From NCBI GenBank assembly GCA_964420685.1, contig CAYQUI010000003.1, positions 4,150 through 68,149 on the forward strand: a stretch of 64,000 bases of DNA, written 5' to 3'. Positions 8,573-18,709 of this stretch are shown here, piece after piece. How positions within the stretch are numbered: the stretch's first letter is position 1; each line of letters opens with the position of its first letter. This DNA is from an uncultured Lentisphaeraceae bacterium (GTDB lineage: Bacteria > Verrucomicrobiota > Kiritimatiellia > RFP12 > UBA1067). The notes under the pieces were generated by a model, which saw nothing but the letters and a program-made list of their open reading frames with translations, made no database searches and was not told the origin of the DNA. Both the position numbers and the translations under genes were made by a program.

Positions 8573-9813
8573 TACTTGGCCGTGCGTTTCTTGCGCGGGT
8601 TGGGCTGGCCGATTTCGGTGAGCATCTTGCGGAAGGAGCCCTTGCGCACGTTGAAGGGCTTGCCGCCCTTGATGCGCGGGAACTCGCACGCGCGGATCTC
8701 GGCGGACTTGTTCTCATCCGGCCCAACGACGCCGCTCTCGCCCGTCAGGGCGCACTCGACAGCCTTGCGCGCGCACTTCTCGATGAGCTTCAGATCCTTC
8801 TTGTTCGGCGCGGCCGCGCGGGCAAAGTAGCCCGACTTGAAGACCTGAACCTTCTCGGCCTTGAGGAGTTCGCCAAAACGCTTGCCGACGTACTGGCCGA
8901 CGTTCACCTTGTCCAGACGCGGATGGCCGAACGCATCGACGGGCACGTCCTCGCCGCGACGGCGCATCTCGGCGATGATGTCCTTCACGCCCGCGCCCTC
9001 GGAGACGAAGATGTTGACGGAATCCCACTTGTCCATGACGGCCCGGAGGCGCAGCGCCTCTTCCTCAAAGTCGATCTTCGACTCGGGGACATACACCGCA
9101 TGCACGTCCTGGCGGCCCAGCGTCTGGTTGAAGTCGTCGAGGAAGAGACCGCGCGTCTGCATCGACTTGAGCATCTTGCGGTAGCACTGCGCCGTCTTGT
9201 AGGTGAGCCAGCCGCAGTTGCGGCCCATGACCTCGTGAACCGTGAGCGCGCGCGGATTCGCCGAGTTCTCCTTGACGACGTTCATGAAGTACTTCGCGCC
9301 CTCCTCCGCCGCCGTCCACGCGCCAAGCGACTGCTTGATCGGATAGACGTCGTTGTCGATCGTCTTCGGAAGGCCGACGACGATGAGCGGATAGTTGTTC
9401 GTCGCGAGATACGCCGCGAGATCGGCCGCCGTCGTGTTCGTGTCGTCGCCGCCAATCGTGTGCAGGACGTCCACGCCGTCCTTGACGAGCTGGTCAGCCG
9501 CGACCTTGAGCGGGTCTTCGCCTTCCTTGACGAGGCCGCGCTTGACGCAGTCCTTCACGTTCGTGAGCTTCACGCGGCTGTTGCCGATCGGCGAACCGCC
9601 GTGCTTCGTCAGGACGAGCGCATGCTTGCGCACGTTGTCCGTCACCGGAATCGAATCGCCCTTCAGCAGACCCATGTAGCCGTTCACGTAGCCGATCATC
9701 TCGACATTCGGGGCCTTCTTCGTGTACTCGTCGATCAGGAAGCCGATCGAGCTTGAAAGGCACGGAGCAAGGCCGCCGGCCGTCAGAAACGCAACTTTCT
9801 TTACTTCTTTCAT
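8572..9813 (-). CDS. pfp: Pyrophosphate-dependent 6-phosphofructokinase
   Basis: MKEVKKVAFLTAGGLAPCLSS...IGGDDT...MGR PFK-family motifs, of the PPi-PFK long type. Confidence 0.85.
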   Translation of the reverse strand: MKEVKKVAFLTAGGLAPCLSSSIGFLIDEYTKKAPNVEMIGYVNGYMGLLKGDSIPVTDNVRKHALVLTKHGGSPIGNSRVKLTNVKDCVKRGLVKEGEDPLKVAADQLVKDGVDVLHTIGGDDTNTTAADLAAYLATNNYPLIVVGLPKTIDNDVYPIKQSLGAWTAAEEGAKYFMNVVKENSANPRALTVHEVMGRNCGWLTYKTAQCYRKMLKSMQTRGLFLDDFNQTLGRQDVHAVYVPESKIDFEEEALRLRAVMDKWDSVNIFVSEGAGVKDIIAEMRRRGEDVPVDAFGHPRLDKVNVGQYVGKRFGELLKAEKVQVFKSGYFARAAAPNKKDLKLIEKCARKAVECALTGESGVVGPDENKSAEIRACEFPRIKGGKPFNVRKGSFRKMLTEIGQPNPRKKRTAK

Positions 9814-9876
9814 TTTTCTCTTCTCTTTCCGTAGTTCAGTAGCGGATTTGAAATTTGAAACCTAAAACTCCCGATT

Positions 9877-10338
9877 TCAGAGGCCTTTCAGCACATTGAC
9901 CATCTCGACGGCAGACTGCATCACCGAGAAGCCCTTGTTGCCCTGCTTCGTGCCGCAACGCTCGACGGCCTGCTCCAGGTTCTCCGCCGAGACGACGCCG
10001 TCCAGAACCGGCACGCCCGTCTCGACCGAAATCTCCTCAAACGCCTTGGCCGTCGCCTGGTTGATGAGGTCGGCGTGCGCCGTCGCGCCCTGCACGACCG
10101 CGCCCAGCGCGAGGACGGCATCGACCCGCTTCGCCGCCGCGAGCCGCTTCGCCACGAGCGGAATCTCATACGCCCCCGGCACGCGCACCAGAAGAAGATC
10201 CTTCTCGTCACCGCCCAGGCGCACAAAAGCATCGACCGCGCCCTTCACGAGCTGCTCCGTCAGGAAACTGTTGAAGCGGCTGACGATCAAGGCCATCTTC
10301 AAACCCTGCGCATTCAGCGTTCCAATGATTTCTTTCAT
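9877..10338 (-). CDS. ribH: 6,7-dimethyl-8-ribityllumazine synthase
   Basis: 153 aa, ...ALIVSRFNSFLTEQLVKGA...VPGAYEIPL..., an unmistakable lumazine synthase. Has an AAGAAGGAATCG SD and an upstream TGcTATAAT -10 at ~10362-10370. Confidence 0.9.
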   Translation of the reverse strand: MKEIIGTLNAQGLKMALIVSRFNSFLTEQLVKGAVDAFVRLGGDEKDLLLVRVPGAYEIPLVAKRLAAAKRVDAVLALGAVVQGATAHADLINQATAKAFEEISVETGVPVLDGVVSAENLEQAVERCGTKQGNKGFSVMQSAVEMVNVLKGL

Positions 10339-10434
10339 CGCGATTCCTTCTTGTATCTACGAAATTGGCGTGATATTATAGCAGTTTAGGCGAATCGCGT
10401 CTAGCGTCCCCGCCCGACGCGCGACGCGCGCGGC

Positions 10435-12015
10435 TCACGAGGCCTCGGAATCGACCGCCACGAACTCGTCCAGCATCTCCTGCGACGGCTTCTTCGTCAC
10501 GAGCGAGACGACGATCGTCGTGACAAACGACAGCAGGAAGCCCGGCGCGAGCTCGTAAAGCCCGAAGACGGGATACGTCGCCGCGTAGCCTGAAAGACCG
10601 AACTTCCAGACGAAGCACGTCACCGCGCCGACGACCATGCCCGCAACCGCGCCCGCGAGATTCGTGCGCTTCCAGAAGAGCGCGAGCAGCATGAGCGGCC
10701 CGAACGCCGCGCCGAAGCCGGCCCACGCAAAGGAGACCATCTTCATGACGACCTTGAAGAACTCCGACTGCGTGTTCATCGCCAGCGCGATCGCGACGAG
10801 CGAGACGGCGCCGACGGCGAGGCGCGAGACGAGAATCAGCTCGCGGTTCGACGCCTTCTTGCGCAGGACGACCTTGTAGAAGTCATTCGAGAAGCTCGAC
10901 GCCGAGACGAGCAGCTGGCTGTCGGCCGTGGACATGATGGCCGCCATGATGGCCGAGAGGAGAATGCCCGCGAAGACGCGCACGAGGAAGCCGTTCGAGA
11001 AGATGCCGTTGATCATGACCATGAAGCACCGCTCCGGATCGCCGCCGACATCCGCCAGCGTGAGCCCGCGCTGCTTCAGGTAGAGATGGAAGACGAGTCC
11101 GATCACCGTCGCCGCCGCAAGCGAAATCGTGACCCACGTCATCGCGATGCGCCGCGAACCCTTCACTTCCGCCGGGTTGTCGATGGACATGAACCGGACG
11201 AGGATATGCGGCATGCCGAAGTAGCCCAGCCCCCACGCCAGGCAGGAGACAAGCCCGACGAATCCATAGGCCTTGCCCGTCGAGGCCGTCGTGAAGAGCG
11301 ACTGGAGATAGGGGTTGATCGCGTTCAGACCGTCCACCGTCGCGGCAAACCCGCCGGCCTCGCAGACGACAATGGCCGGCACGAGCACAATCGCGACGAA
11401 CATGAGAAGCCCCTGGACGAAATCCGTCCAGCAGACGGCCATGTAGCCGCCCATGAGCGTGTAGCTGACGACCACCAACGCGCCGAGCCAGAGGCAGAGC
11501 GTATAGCCCGACAGGGTGAGTCCGCAGCAGGAAATCGTCTCGGGAATGCCAAAGGTCGTCGTGAAGAGCTTCGCGCAGCTCACGAACCCCGACGCCGTGT
11601 AGAACGTGAAGAAGACGAGGATAATGAGCGCCGCCAGAATGCGTGCAATCCCCGTCTTGTCGCGAAAGCGGTTGTTGATGAAGTCCGGAATCGTGATTGA
11701 ATCGCCGCAAACCTGCGAATAGCGACGCAGACGGTGCGCGACAATCTTCCAGTTGAGGTAGGTGCCGATCAGAAGCCCGATGCCAATCCACGCTTCGGAG
11801 AAGCCGCCGAGGAAAATCGCGCCGGGAAGCCCCATGAGCAGCCAGCCCGACATGTCGGAGGCCTGGGCGGAGAGCGCGACGACCCACTTGTTCATCTTGC
11901 GTCCACCCAGGTAGTAGTCGCCCAGCGACTCCTGACGCTTCGAGAAGAAGAAGCCGATTCCCAGCATCAGCACGAGATACCCGGTGAACGAACCCAGAAC
12001 CGTCCAGTCCAACAT
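10435..12015 (-). CDS. putP: Sodium:solute (proline) symporter, SSF family
   Basis: GGRKMNKWVVALSAQASDMSGWLLMGLPG signature with 13 predicted TMs. Confidence 0.85.
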   Translation of the reverse strand: MLDWTVLGSFTGYLVLMLGIGFFFSKRQESLGDYYLGGRKMNKWVVALSAQASDMSGWLLMGLPGAIFLGGFSEAWIGIGLLIGTYLNWKIVAHRLRRYSQVCGDSITIPDFINNRFRDKTGIARILAALIILVFFTFYTASGFVSCAKLFTTTFGIPETISCCGLTLSGYTLCLWLGALVVVSYTLMGGYMAVCWTDFVQGLLMFVAIVLVPAIVVCEAGGFAATVDGLNAINPYLQSLFTTASTGKAYGFVGLVSCLAWGLGYFGMPHILVRFMSIDNPAEVKGSRRIAMTWVTISLAAATVIGLVFHLYLKQRGLTLADVGGDPERCFMVMINGIFSNGFLVRVFAGILLSAIMAAIMSTADSQLLVSASSFSNDFYKVVLRKKASNRELILVSRLAVGAVSLVAIALAMNTQSEFFKVVMKMVSFAWAGFGAAFGPLMLLALFWKRTNLAGAVAGMVVGAVTCFVWKFGLSGYAATYPVFGLYELAPGFLLSFVTTIVVSLVTKKPSQEMLDEFVAVDSEAS

Positions 12016-12050
12016 CGTTTTTTAACCTTCCTTTGATAAAATTTCCGAAT

Positions 12051-12080
12051 AGTTTATCATTTTCAGTCGGTTGCTGGCAA
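12051..12080 (-). promoter_or_regulatory. putP promoter (TTGCCA-N18-TGaTAAACT)
   Basis: -35 at 12075-12080 and -10 at 12051-12056 in an AT-rich island. SD AAGGAAGG lies before the ATG at 12015. Confidence 0.4.
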
Positions 12081-12112
12081 GCCGCCGCCGCGCAACCGTC
12101 CGTCGCGCCCGC

Positions 12113-13387
12113 CTATTCGACGATCCGGTCGCGGCGGAACGTGACGAAGAACGAGATCGCCATGAGCAACGCGCCAACGAGATACGCCCCGCCCATGAGC
12201 GCGAAGCCGACCTCAAAGCCGCGAACGCCGTAACGCTGGGAGAGGACACCCATCACGACGCCCGAAAGGCCGCCCACGAAGAACGCGAAGACCGTGAAAA
12301 TGCCGACGGACGTCGATCGGTACGGCGGCGGAATGACGTCAAAGAGCGACGCATGCGTGTTCACCTCGAAGAAGCCCCGGAAGACGCCATAGGCCGCCGT
12401 CAGCGCAATCATCGCCACCGCGCTCGGCATCAGTCCGATCATCACAAGGCACGGCGCGCCGCAGAGCATCGAAACCATCTGGAATCCCAACCGAAAGCGC
12501 GGCATCCGCTTCACGAAGCGATCCGTGAGCAATCCGCCCGCCAGAATCGCGAGAAACGCGCACAGGTGATGGTAGAGCATCGTCTGCGTTCCCGCCGCGC
12601 CGACGGACGTCCCGAACTTCATTGACATGAACTTCGGCGCCCAGAAGAGATAGGCGTTGTTCACGAAGACGATCGCCACGAACCCCGCCATCGCGCACCA
12701 CGCCGACGGCTTTTTCGCAAAGTAGACAAGGCCGGAGAAGAAGGAGGGGGCGGGCGTTTGGGGGTTTGGAAGTTTGGGGGTTGGGGGGGTGGGGGACGTG
12801 TCACGCAGGGCGAAGATGAAGAACACGCCGAGGAGGAAGCCCGCGCCGCCAAAAGCCATGAAGACATGCCGCCACGTGCCGAGCACGCCCAACGCCCACG
12901 CCGTGAGAACGCCCGACGTCATCAATCCGAAATAAAGCGCGCCCTGATGAATCGAAAGCGCAATCGAGCGCGTCTCCCTGTGGAACGCCGCAATGAGCGG
13001 CGGATAGCACGGCCCATAGAAGCTCTCGCCCACGCCAGTCGCAATCGAGCGGAAGAACATGACGACAAAGAACGCCGGGATGACGAACCCGCAGATCCGC
13101 CAGTCGCCGACGAAGCCCATCATGAATGTCATGAGCGACCACGAAATCAGCGAAAGCGTGATGATCCACTTGCGCGAAAAGCGGTCGCCGACAGGCCCCG
13201 CGACAAACGCCATGCCCGCGAGCGTCCAGGAAAGGACGGTGTTGATCCAGCCGATCTGCACGTCCGTGAGCCCCAGCTCGCCTTGAATCGGAATCGTCAG
13301 AAGCCCGAACAGCGCACGATCCGCCTGATGGAAGAAGAACGCGCAGCTGAGCATCGCCAGCATTGCCCACTTGTAGCCGTTTTTCAC
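12113..13387 (-). CDS. MFS transporter
   Basis: GDRFSRKW motif and 12 TMs. The central loop is Pro/Thr-rich. The likely start is a GTG at 13385-13387 preceded by AAGGAGG-N7, overlapping the GH16 stop (GTGA). The ORF track's TTG start at 13405 has no SD. Confidence 0.75.
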   Translation of the reverse strand: MKNGYKWAMLAMLSCAFFFHQADRALFGLLTIPIQGELGLTDVQIGWINTVLSWTLAGMAFVAGPVGDRFSRKWIITLSLISWSLMTFMMGFVGDWRICGFVIPAFFVVMFFRSIATGVGESFYGPCYPPLIAAFHRETRSIALSIHQGALYFGLMTSGVLTAWALGVLGTWRHVFMAFGGAGFLLGVFFIFALRDTSPTPPTPKLPNPQTPAPSFFSGLVYFAKKPSAWCAMAGFVAIVFVNNAYLFWAPKFMSMKFGTSVGAAGTQTMLYHHLCAFLAILAGGLLTDRFVKRMPRFRLGFQMVSMLCGAPCLVMIGLMPSAVAMIALTAAYGVFRGFFEVNTHASLFDVIPPPYRSTSVGIFTVFAFFVGGLSGVVMGVLSQRYGVRGFEVGFALMGGAYLVGALLMAISFFVTFRRDRIVE

Positions 13388-14181
13388 TTCGCCGCCTCCT
13401 TCCAATGCCGGAACCAGTCAATCGAATAGACGGCCGGCAGTTCGTCCGCCGCCGGCTCGCCGACCCAGCTATACATGATTTCGCAGTCGAACGTGACATG
13501 GAGCGGACGATGGAAGCGGTCGTTCGCCCGCGCGAAGACCTCCTCGCCGTCAATGTACCACTTCAGTTCCGTCGCCGTCCAGAGAAAGCCGTACTCGTGA
13601 AAATCCGCCGCCGGATCGAACGCGAGCGAAATCTTGCGGCTCTTCGTCGGAAGCCGCTCGACCCCGCCGTTCACGATTCCCTCCAGATACGGCGTCTTCA
13701 GGCAATGAACCGTTCCGTACCAGTCACGCAACGCGCCGAAGATCTCGAACATGTCGATCTCCTCGCTGAAGTCGCCGACGCGAAACTTCCGCTCCGGCGC
13801 ATCGGAGAGCGGATCATAGAGCCAAAAGGCGTTGCAGACCTTCGACCGCATCGTCCGCGCACGGCAGAGGTAGAGGCCGTAGAACGACTTCTTCTGCGCG
13901 CGCACGTAGGCGGTCGCATAGGTCGTGAAGCCACGCCGCACGTTCTCGACCGTCCGCTCGTCGGCCCGCATCCGCCGCGCCGTCAGGTTGAGACAGCCGT
14001 TCGAGACGGCCACGTTGTCGCGCGCAAAGAGGAAGCCGGACGAACGCCCCTGAAAAGACGCGACCCAGTCCGTCCACATCGTTGCATCCAACGCCGCGCC
14101 GTCAAAGTCGTCCGCGACGTCTGGCGGGCGCGACGGAACGACAAGCGACGCGGCGAGCAGGAAAAGCGCGGCAACCGTCAT
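13384..14181 (-). CDS. Secreted glycoside hydrolase family 16 (laminarinase / beta-glucanase-like)
   Basis: Signal peptide MTVAALFLLAASLVV. The catalytic motif is EIDMFE (ExDxxE). Confidence 0.8.
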   Translation of the reverse strand: MTVAALFLLAASLVVPSRPPDVADDFDGAALDATMWTDWVASFQGRSSGFLFARDNVAVSNGCLNLTARRMRADERTVENVRRGFTTYATAYVRAQKKSFYGLYLCRARTMRSKVCNAFWLYDPLSDAPERKFRVGDFSEEIDMFEIFGALRDWYGTVHCLKTPYLEGIVNGGVERLPTKSRKISLAFDPAADFHEYGFLWTATELKWYIDGEEVFARANDRFHRPLHVTFDCEIMYSWVGEPAADELPAVYSIDWFRHWKEAAK

Positions 14182-14185
14182 CGCC

Positions 14186-14827
14186 TCAACCGCGCAGCTT
14201 CCTCACGAGCGCGGACGCCTCCGCCGCCAGCCTCTCAATCGCCGCGTAGTCGCCGGCCGCCAGCGCGTCCTTCGGGACGATCCACGTGCCGCCGCAGCAG
14301 ACGACCTCCGGGACGGCAAGGTAGTCCGCGACATTGTCCGGCTTGACGCCGCCGGTCGGCATGAACGTCACGCTCGTGAAGCGGAATGCGCCCAAGAGGT
14401 TCTTGATCATCTTGACGCCACCCGCCGCCTCCGCCGGGAAGAACTTGACCATCTTGCAGCCGGCCGAGAGGGCCTGGGAAAGCTCGCTCGCCGTCGCGAT
14501 GCCGGGGCACATCGGAAGACCCTCGGCCTTCGCCGCCGCAAGGACAACCGGGTCAAAGCCCGGCGCGACGCCGAAGACGGCGCCCGCCGCCTTCGCGGCC
14601 TTCACCATGTCGGGCGTGAGAAGCGTCCCCGCGCCAAGAATCGCCTCCGGCACCTCGCGCCGGATCGCCGCGATTGCGGCGGGCGCGGCCTTTGTGCGGA
14701 ACGTCACCTCCAGGACAGGCAAGCCGCCCTTGACGAGCGCCCGCGCGAGCGGCACGGCCTGCTCCTCCTTCTCGATCACGATGACGGGGATAATCCCCGC
14801 CCGGCCCAGCGTTTCGACCATGTCCAT
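14186..14827 (-). CDS. eda: KDPG / KHG aldolase
   Basis: ...IIPVIVIEK...GLPVLEVTFRT...GAGTLL...KFFPAE... Start moved to MDMVETL (14827). The ORF-track N-terminus is Arg-rich and overlaps the upstream gene. Confidence 0.8.
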   Translation of the reverse strand: MDMVETLGRAGIIPVIVIEKEEQAVPLARALVKGGLPVLEVTFRTKAAPAAIAAIRREVPEAILGAGTLLTPDMVKAAKAAGAVFGVAPGFDPVVLAAAKAEGLPMCPGIATASELSQALSAGCKMVKFFPAEAAGGVKMIKNLLGAFRFTSVTFMPTGGVKPDNVADYLAVPEVVCCGGTWIVPKDALAAGDYAAIERLAAEASALVRKLRG

Positions 14828-14846
14828 CGTGCGCGCTCCGTGCGAC

Positions 14847-16187
14847 CTACTCCGCCCCCAGCGCGAGGCCGACCTTCTGGAGGTCCGCCGCGTCAAGCGC
14901 GTAAACGGGATCGATCTCGATCGGGAGCCCCTTCGACACCTTCACGCCGATCGCGGCCAGCCACTTCGCCCATTTCGCCTGCAGGTCGGCCTGGCACGTC
15001 GCGGGCGAGTCCGTTCCCTCGGCATTCTTGACGGGCGAGAACTCGTCCTTCGGATCAAACGCGAGAAACGCCGCGCGCTTCGCGTTCGGCAGGATGTCGA
15101 AGATGAACTTCTCGAACTTGTAGCCGTTCGGCTCCGTCGGCTTGACGACCTTGCCGTTTTCCGCGACGAACGGAATCTTCTTGAACGCGAGATGGAGCGG
15201 CATCGCCTTCGCCGCCTCACGCGCGAGGAACGCGCGGTCGAAGACGTGAATCGCCGGCGAGCCGTAGCGGAAGTAGAGGTTCTTGCCCGCCTTGCGCAGA
15301 CACTGCTCCTTCGTCATCTCGGAGTACTCGACCATGCGGTACGACGAGCCGAACTGCATCGGCATGCCGACCTTCTCGAAGGGATCCCGCTTCGCGCAGA
15401 GCTTGAGCGAGTACTCCGACTTCTGAAGGACGTGGTAGCCGATGAACGCGGGGTCGGCGATTTCGACGAGCGGATTGTCAACCTGGAAGAAGAAGACCGA
15501 CTTGATGCCGCGCGCCTTCATGTCGTCCAGCGCACCGGAACGCTTGAGCGCGGCGAGAAGCCCGCCATGCCCGTCCGGGCTCATGAAGACGTGGCCGGGC
15601 GCATCGAGGATGATCTTCCCCTCCTTCGTCATGCCGGGCCACATGCCCTGCGTGAAGAAGAAGACGTCCTTCGGATTGAGCCCGAAGAAGTCGTTCTCCT
15701 CGAAGCAGCGCTGCGTCGCCGCGTCGTTCGCCTCGCTCGTCATCACGTAGAACGGAATCGGCGCGCCATAGCGGATCGTGCGCGCGAGAATCTTGCGCGC
15801 ATGGAAGTAGAACAGCGGCGCGCCCGTGATCGGGCCGATCGAATAGCAGCCCTTCGGGCCGTCGTACCCCAGGCGCGAACCCTGCCCGCCCGCGACGAGC
15901 AACGCCGCGACGCGACCGGCCTTGAGCTCCTTCTCGCCGGCGGCAATCGCCTTCGCGCGTTCCGCGCCCGCGAGCTCGGCGACCTTCGGCGCCGCGCCCT
16001 TCGAGGAATCGAACGTGTCGCCGCCCGTCTTCAGCGCCGACGCGCACCGCTTCAGGCTCTTCGGGTCAAGCGTCGCGATCTGCGCGAGCAGTTCCTTGCG
16101 TTCGCCCTTCGCGAGCTTCTTCCAATAGGCGAGCACGTGTTCCTGCCCGCATGACTTCAACAGCTTTTCAGCCTCCGCGTAGTTCAT
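14847..16187 (-). CDS. UDP-sugar pyrophosphorylase (UDPGP/UAP1 family, eukaryote-type)
   Basis: LLVAGGQGSRLG motif, then ...KSVFFFQVDNPL... Start at MNYAEAEKL (16187), preceded by AGGAGA. Confidence 0.8.
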   Translation of the reverse strand: MNYAEAEKLLKSCGQEHVLAYWKKLAKGERKELLAQIATLDPKSLKRCASALKTGGDTFDSSKGAAPKVAELAGAERAKAIAAGEKELKAGRVAALLVAGGQGSRLGYDGPKGCYSIGPITGAPLFYFHARKILARTIRYGAPIPFYVMTSEANDAATQRCFEENDFFGLNPKDVFFFTQGMWPGMTKEGKIILDAPGHVFMSPDGHGGLLAALKRSGALDDMKARGIKSVFFFQVDNPLVEIADPAFIGYHVLQKSEYSLKLCAKRDPFEKVGMPMQFGSSYRMVEYSEMTKEQCLRKAGKNLYFRYGSPAIHVFDRAFLAREAAKAMPLHLAFKKIPFVAENGKVVKPTEPNGYKFEKFIFDILPNAKRAAFLAFDPKDEFSPVKNAEGTDSPATCQADLQAKWAKWLAAIGVKVSKGLPIEIDPVYALDAADLQKVGLALGAE

Positions 16188-16216
16188 CGTCCGTTCTCCT
16201 CTCCTTCGCGTGTCCG

Positions 16217-18706
16217 TCACAGGCTCCTCGGCAGTTCCTCAAGCGAGTAGCACTCGATCCGGTCGCCGACCTGGAAGCCCTCGTAGCCCGCGAAGCACAC
16301 GCCGCACTCCTGCTGACCCGTCACTTCCTTCACCTCGTCCTTGAAGTGGCGCAAGGTCTGAACCTTGCCGTCCCACACCTGCGCCTTGTTGCGGAGGATG
16401 CGGTACTTCTCCTTCGCGACGAGCCGGCCGTCGAGCATCTGCGAGCCGGCGATCTTGCCGAGTTTGCCGATGTCGTAGATCGCCTTGATCTCGGCATGGC
16501 CGAGCACGACCTCCTTGTACTCCGGCGGGAGCAGGTCGAGCATGCAGTTCTTGACGTGATCCAGCAGTTCGTAGATGATGCGGAAGGAGTTGATTCGGAC
16601 GCCGTCGTGGCGCGCCTGCTGCTGGACGCCCGCGTCGTTGCCGATGTCGAATCCGACGACGATCGCCTTGCCGGCGGCGGCGGACTTGACGTCCGTCAGC
16701 GAGACGTTGCCCGTGCCCGTGCCGATGATGTTCAGGGACACCTTCTCGGACTTGATCTCGTTCAGGGCCTGGACAATCGCCTCCAGCGAACCCTGCGTGT
16801 CGGACTTGACGATCACGTTCAGCTCGCGCTTGCCCTCGGCGGCCATCGCGCGCATGAGCGCGTCGAGCGTCGCGGCCTTCGCGGTCGAGAGGGACTCCTC
16901 CTTCTTCTCCTGCGCCGTCTGCTCGGCGAGCGTGCGCGCGCGCTTCTCGTCGAGCATGACGCGGAACTCGCTGCCGGCCTCGGGCACGCCCGAAAGGCCC
17001 GTGCACTTCACCGGCATCGCCGGCGGGGCCTCCTTGACGCGCCGCCCGTGGTCGTCGATAAGCGCGCGCACCTTGCCGAAGTGCTCGCCGATGAGAATCG
17101 CGTCGCCGACCTTGAGCGTGCCGCCCGTGACGAGCAGCGTCGCGCACGGGCCGAGGCCCTGCTGAAGCTCCGACTCGATCACGAAGCCGTTCGCGCGGCG
17201 GTTCGGGTTCGCCTGAAGTTCGAGGACTTCCGCCTGCACGAGGATGTTCTCGAGCAGCGACTCCACGCCAAGGCCCGTCACGCCCGAAACGGGGCAGCAG
17301 ATGATGTCGCCGCCCCAGTCTTCCGGTGTCAGGCCCTTCTTCTGAAGCTGCTGCTTGACGCGATCGACGTTCGCCGTCGGCTTGTCGGACTTCGTGATCG
17401 CGACCATGATCTGCACGCCCGTCTGGCGGCAGACCTTGATGCACTCCTCCGTCTGCGGCATGATGCCGTCATCGGCCGCCACGATGAGGACGGCGATGTC
17501 GGTGATCTGGGCGCCGCGCGCGCGCATTGCGCTGAACGCGGCGTGGCCGGGCGTGTCGAGGAACGTGATCTTCTTGCCCGCGATCTCGACCTGGTAGGCG
17601 GAAATCTGCTGGGTGATGCCGCCCGCCTCGCCCGCGGCGACGTGCTCCTTGCGGATGTAGTCCATGAGCGTCGTCTTGCCGTGGTCGACGTGGCCGAGGA
17701 ACGTGACGACCGGCGCGCGCGGCTTCAGCGTCTCCGGCGGATCCTCCGGGATGAGGTCGTCCGCGTCAATCGCCTTCAGGACGGGCTTCGCCGCCGCCTT
17801 GTCGCGCGCATGCTCGATCGTCACCTTGAAGCCGTACTTCTCCGCGACCTTCGTCGCGACGTCCGGCTCGACGCGCTGGTTGATGGACGCGAGGATCTTC
17901 AGGCCCATGAGGTCGGCGATCAGGCGGTTCGGCTTGATGTTGAGCTTCGCCGCGAGATCCTTGACGATCACGGCGCCCCGGATCGAGATCTCCTTGTTCG
18001 CCTCGTCGACGGAGATCCGGCTGCCCTGCTCCATCACCTTCGGCGCCACGCGCGGCGCATTCTTGTCAAAGCCCCTCTGGCCCTCGCGGTCCTTCCGGCC
18101 CTTGCGGCTGCCGCGCGCGGCGTCCTCCACGTAGATCGCGGGCTTCGGCGGACGCGGCTTCGGCGCGGACGCGACGGAAATCGAGATCGTCGCCGTCGGG
18201 CGCGCGCGCTGAAGCGGCTTGAACCCCGCCGCCGTCAGGCCCGTCTGCGCGGCGGAAATCGTCGGCACGGCCTTCGGCTTCACGCCCGGCGCCATGCGAA
18301 TCGCGGACTTCGCGGGCGAGGCCGGCGCGGCGGACGCGGCCGCCACGGACGGCGGACGCGCCTCCACCGCCGGCTTCTTCGCCGCCGGCGCGACGGGCGC
18401 GACCGCCGGCATCTCGACCTTCTTCCCGTCCGCCGCATCGCGGGCGATCTTCAGGTGCGTCTCGAGCTTCGCCTTCTGCGCGGCGAAGAACGCCGCGTTC
18501 AGCTCGGCCACGCGCTTCGCCTTGGCGGCGCGCGCCGCCGTCGCATCGCCCTTCGGCGCGTTCGCCAGCGCCAACTTGAGCGCCGCCAGCTCGCCGTCCT
18601 CGACCGCGCTGACCGCGCTCGACACCTCGACGCCCGCCTTCTCGGCGACGCGCAGGACCTCGGCGCTCGTGACGCCCGCCTCCTTGGCTATTTCACAGAC
18701 TCGCAT
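16217..18706 (-). CDS. infB: Translation initiation factor IF-2
   Basis: [10 protein letters not shown] GTPase motif with a long Ala/Pro/Lys-rich N-terminus. Lies downstream of nusA. Confidence 0.95.
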   Translation of the reverse strand: MRVCEIAKEAGVTSAEVLRVAEKAGVEVSSAVSAVEDGELAALKLALANAPKGDATAARAAKAKRVAELNAAFFAAQKAKLETHLKIARDAADGKKVEMPAVAPVAPAAKKPAVEARPPSVAAASAAPASPAKSAIRMAPGVKPKAVPTISAAQTGLTAAGFKPLQRARPTATISISVASAPKPRPPKPAIYVEDAARGSRKGRKDREGQRGFDKNAPRVAPKVMEQGSRISVDEANKEISIRGAVIVKDLAAKLNIKPNRLIADLMGLKILASINQRVEPDVATKVAEKYGFKVTIEHARDKAAAKPVLKAIDADDLIPEDPPETLKPRAPVVTFLGHVDHGKTTLMDYIRKEHVAAGEAGGITQQISAYQVEIAGKKITFLDTPGHAAFSAMRARGAQITDIAVLIVAADDGIMPQTEECIKVCRQTGVQIMVAITKSDKPTANVDRVKQQLQKKGLTPEDWGGDIICCPVSGVTGLGVESLLENILVQAEVLELQANPNRRANGFVIESELQQGLGPCATLLVTGGTLKVGDAILIGEHFGKVRALIDDHGRRVKEAPPAMPVKCTGLSGVPEAGSEFRVMLDEKRARTLAEQTAQEKKEESLSTAKAATLDALMRAMAAEGKRELNVIVKSDTQGSLEAIVQALNEIKSEKVSLNIIGTGTGNVSLTDVKSAAAGKAIVVGFDIGNDAGVQQQARHDGVRINSFRIIYELLDHVKNCMLDLLPPEYKEVVLGHAEIKAIYDIGKLGKIAGSQMLDGRLVAKEKYRILRNKAQVWDGKVQTLRHFKDEVKEVTGQQECGVCFAGYEGFQVGDRIECYSLEELPRSL

Positions 18707-18709
18707 AAA

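Noticed and set aside
10339-10434. Possible FMN riboswitch upstream of ribH
   Set aside because: The intergenic region is only 96 nt and is occupied by a promoter and SD. No RFN aptamer motifs (e.g. GGATGGCGGTGAAATTCC-type segments) are present. ribE at 24896 also has no leader.
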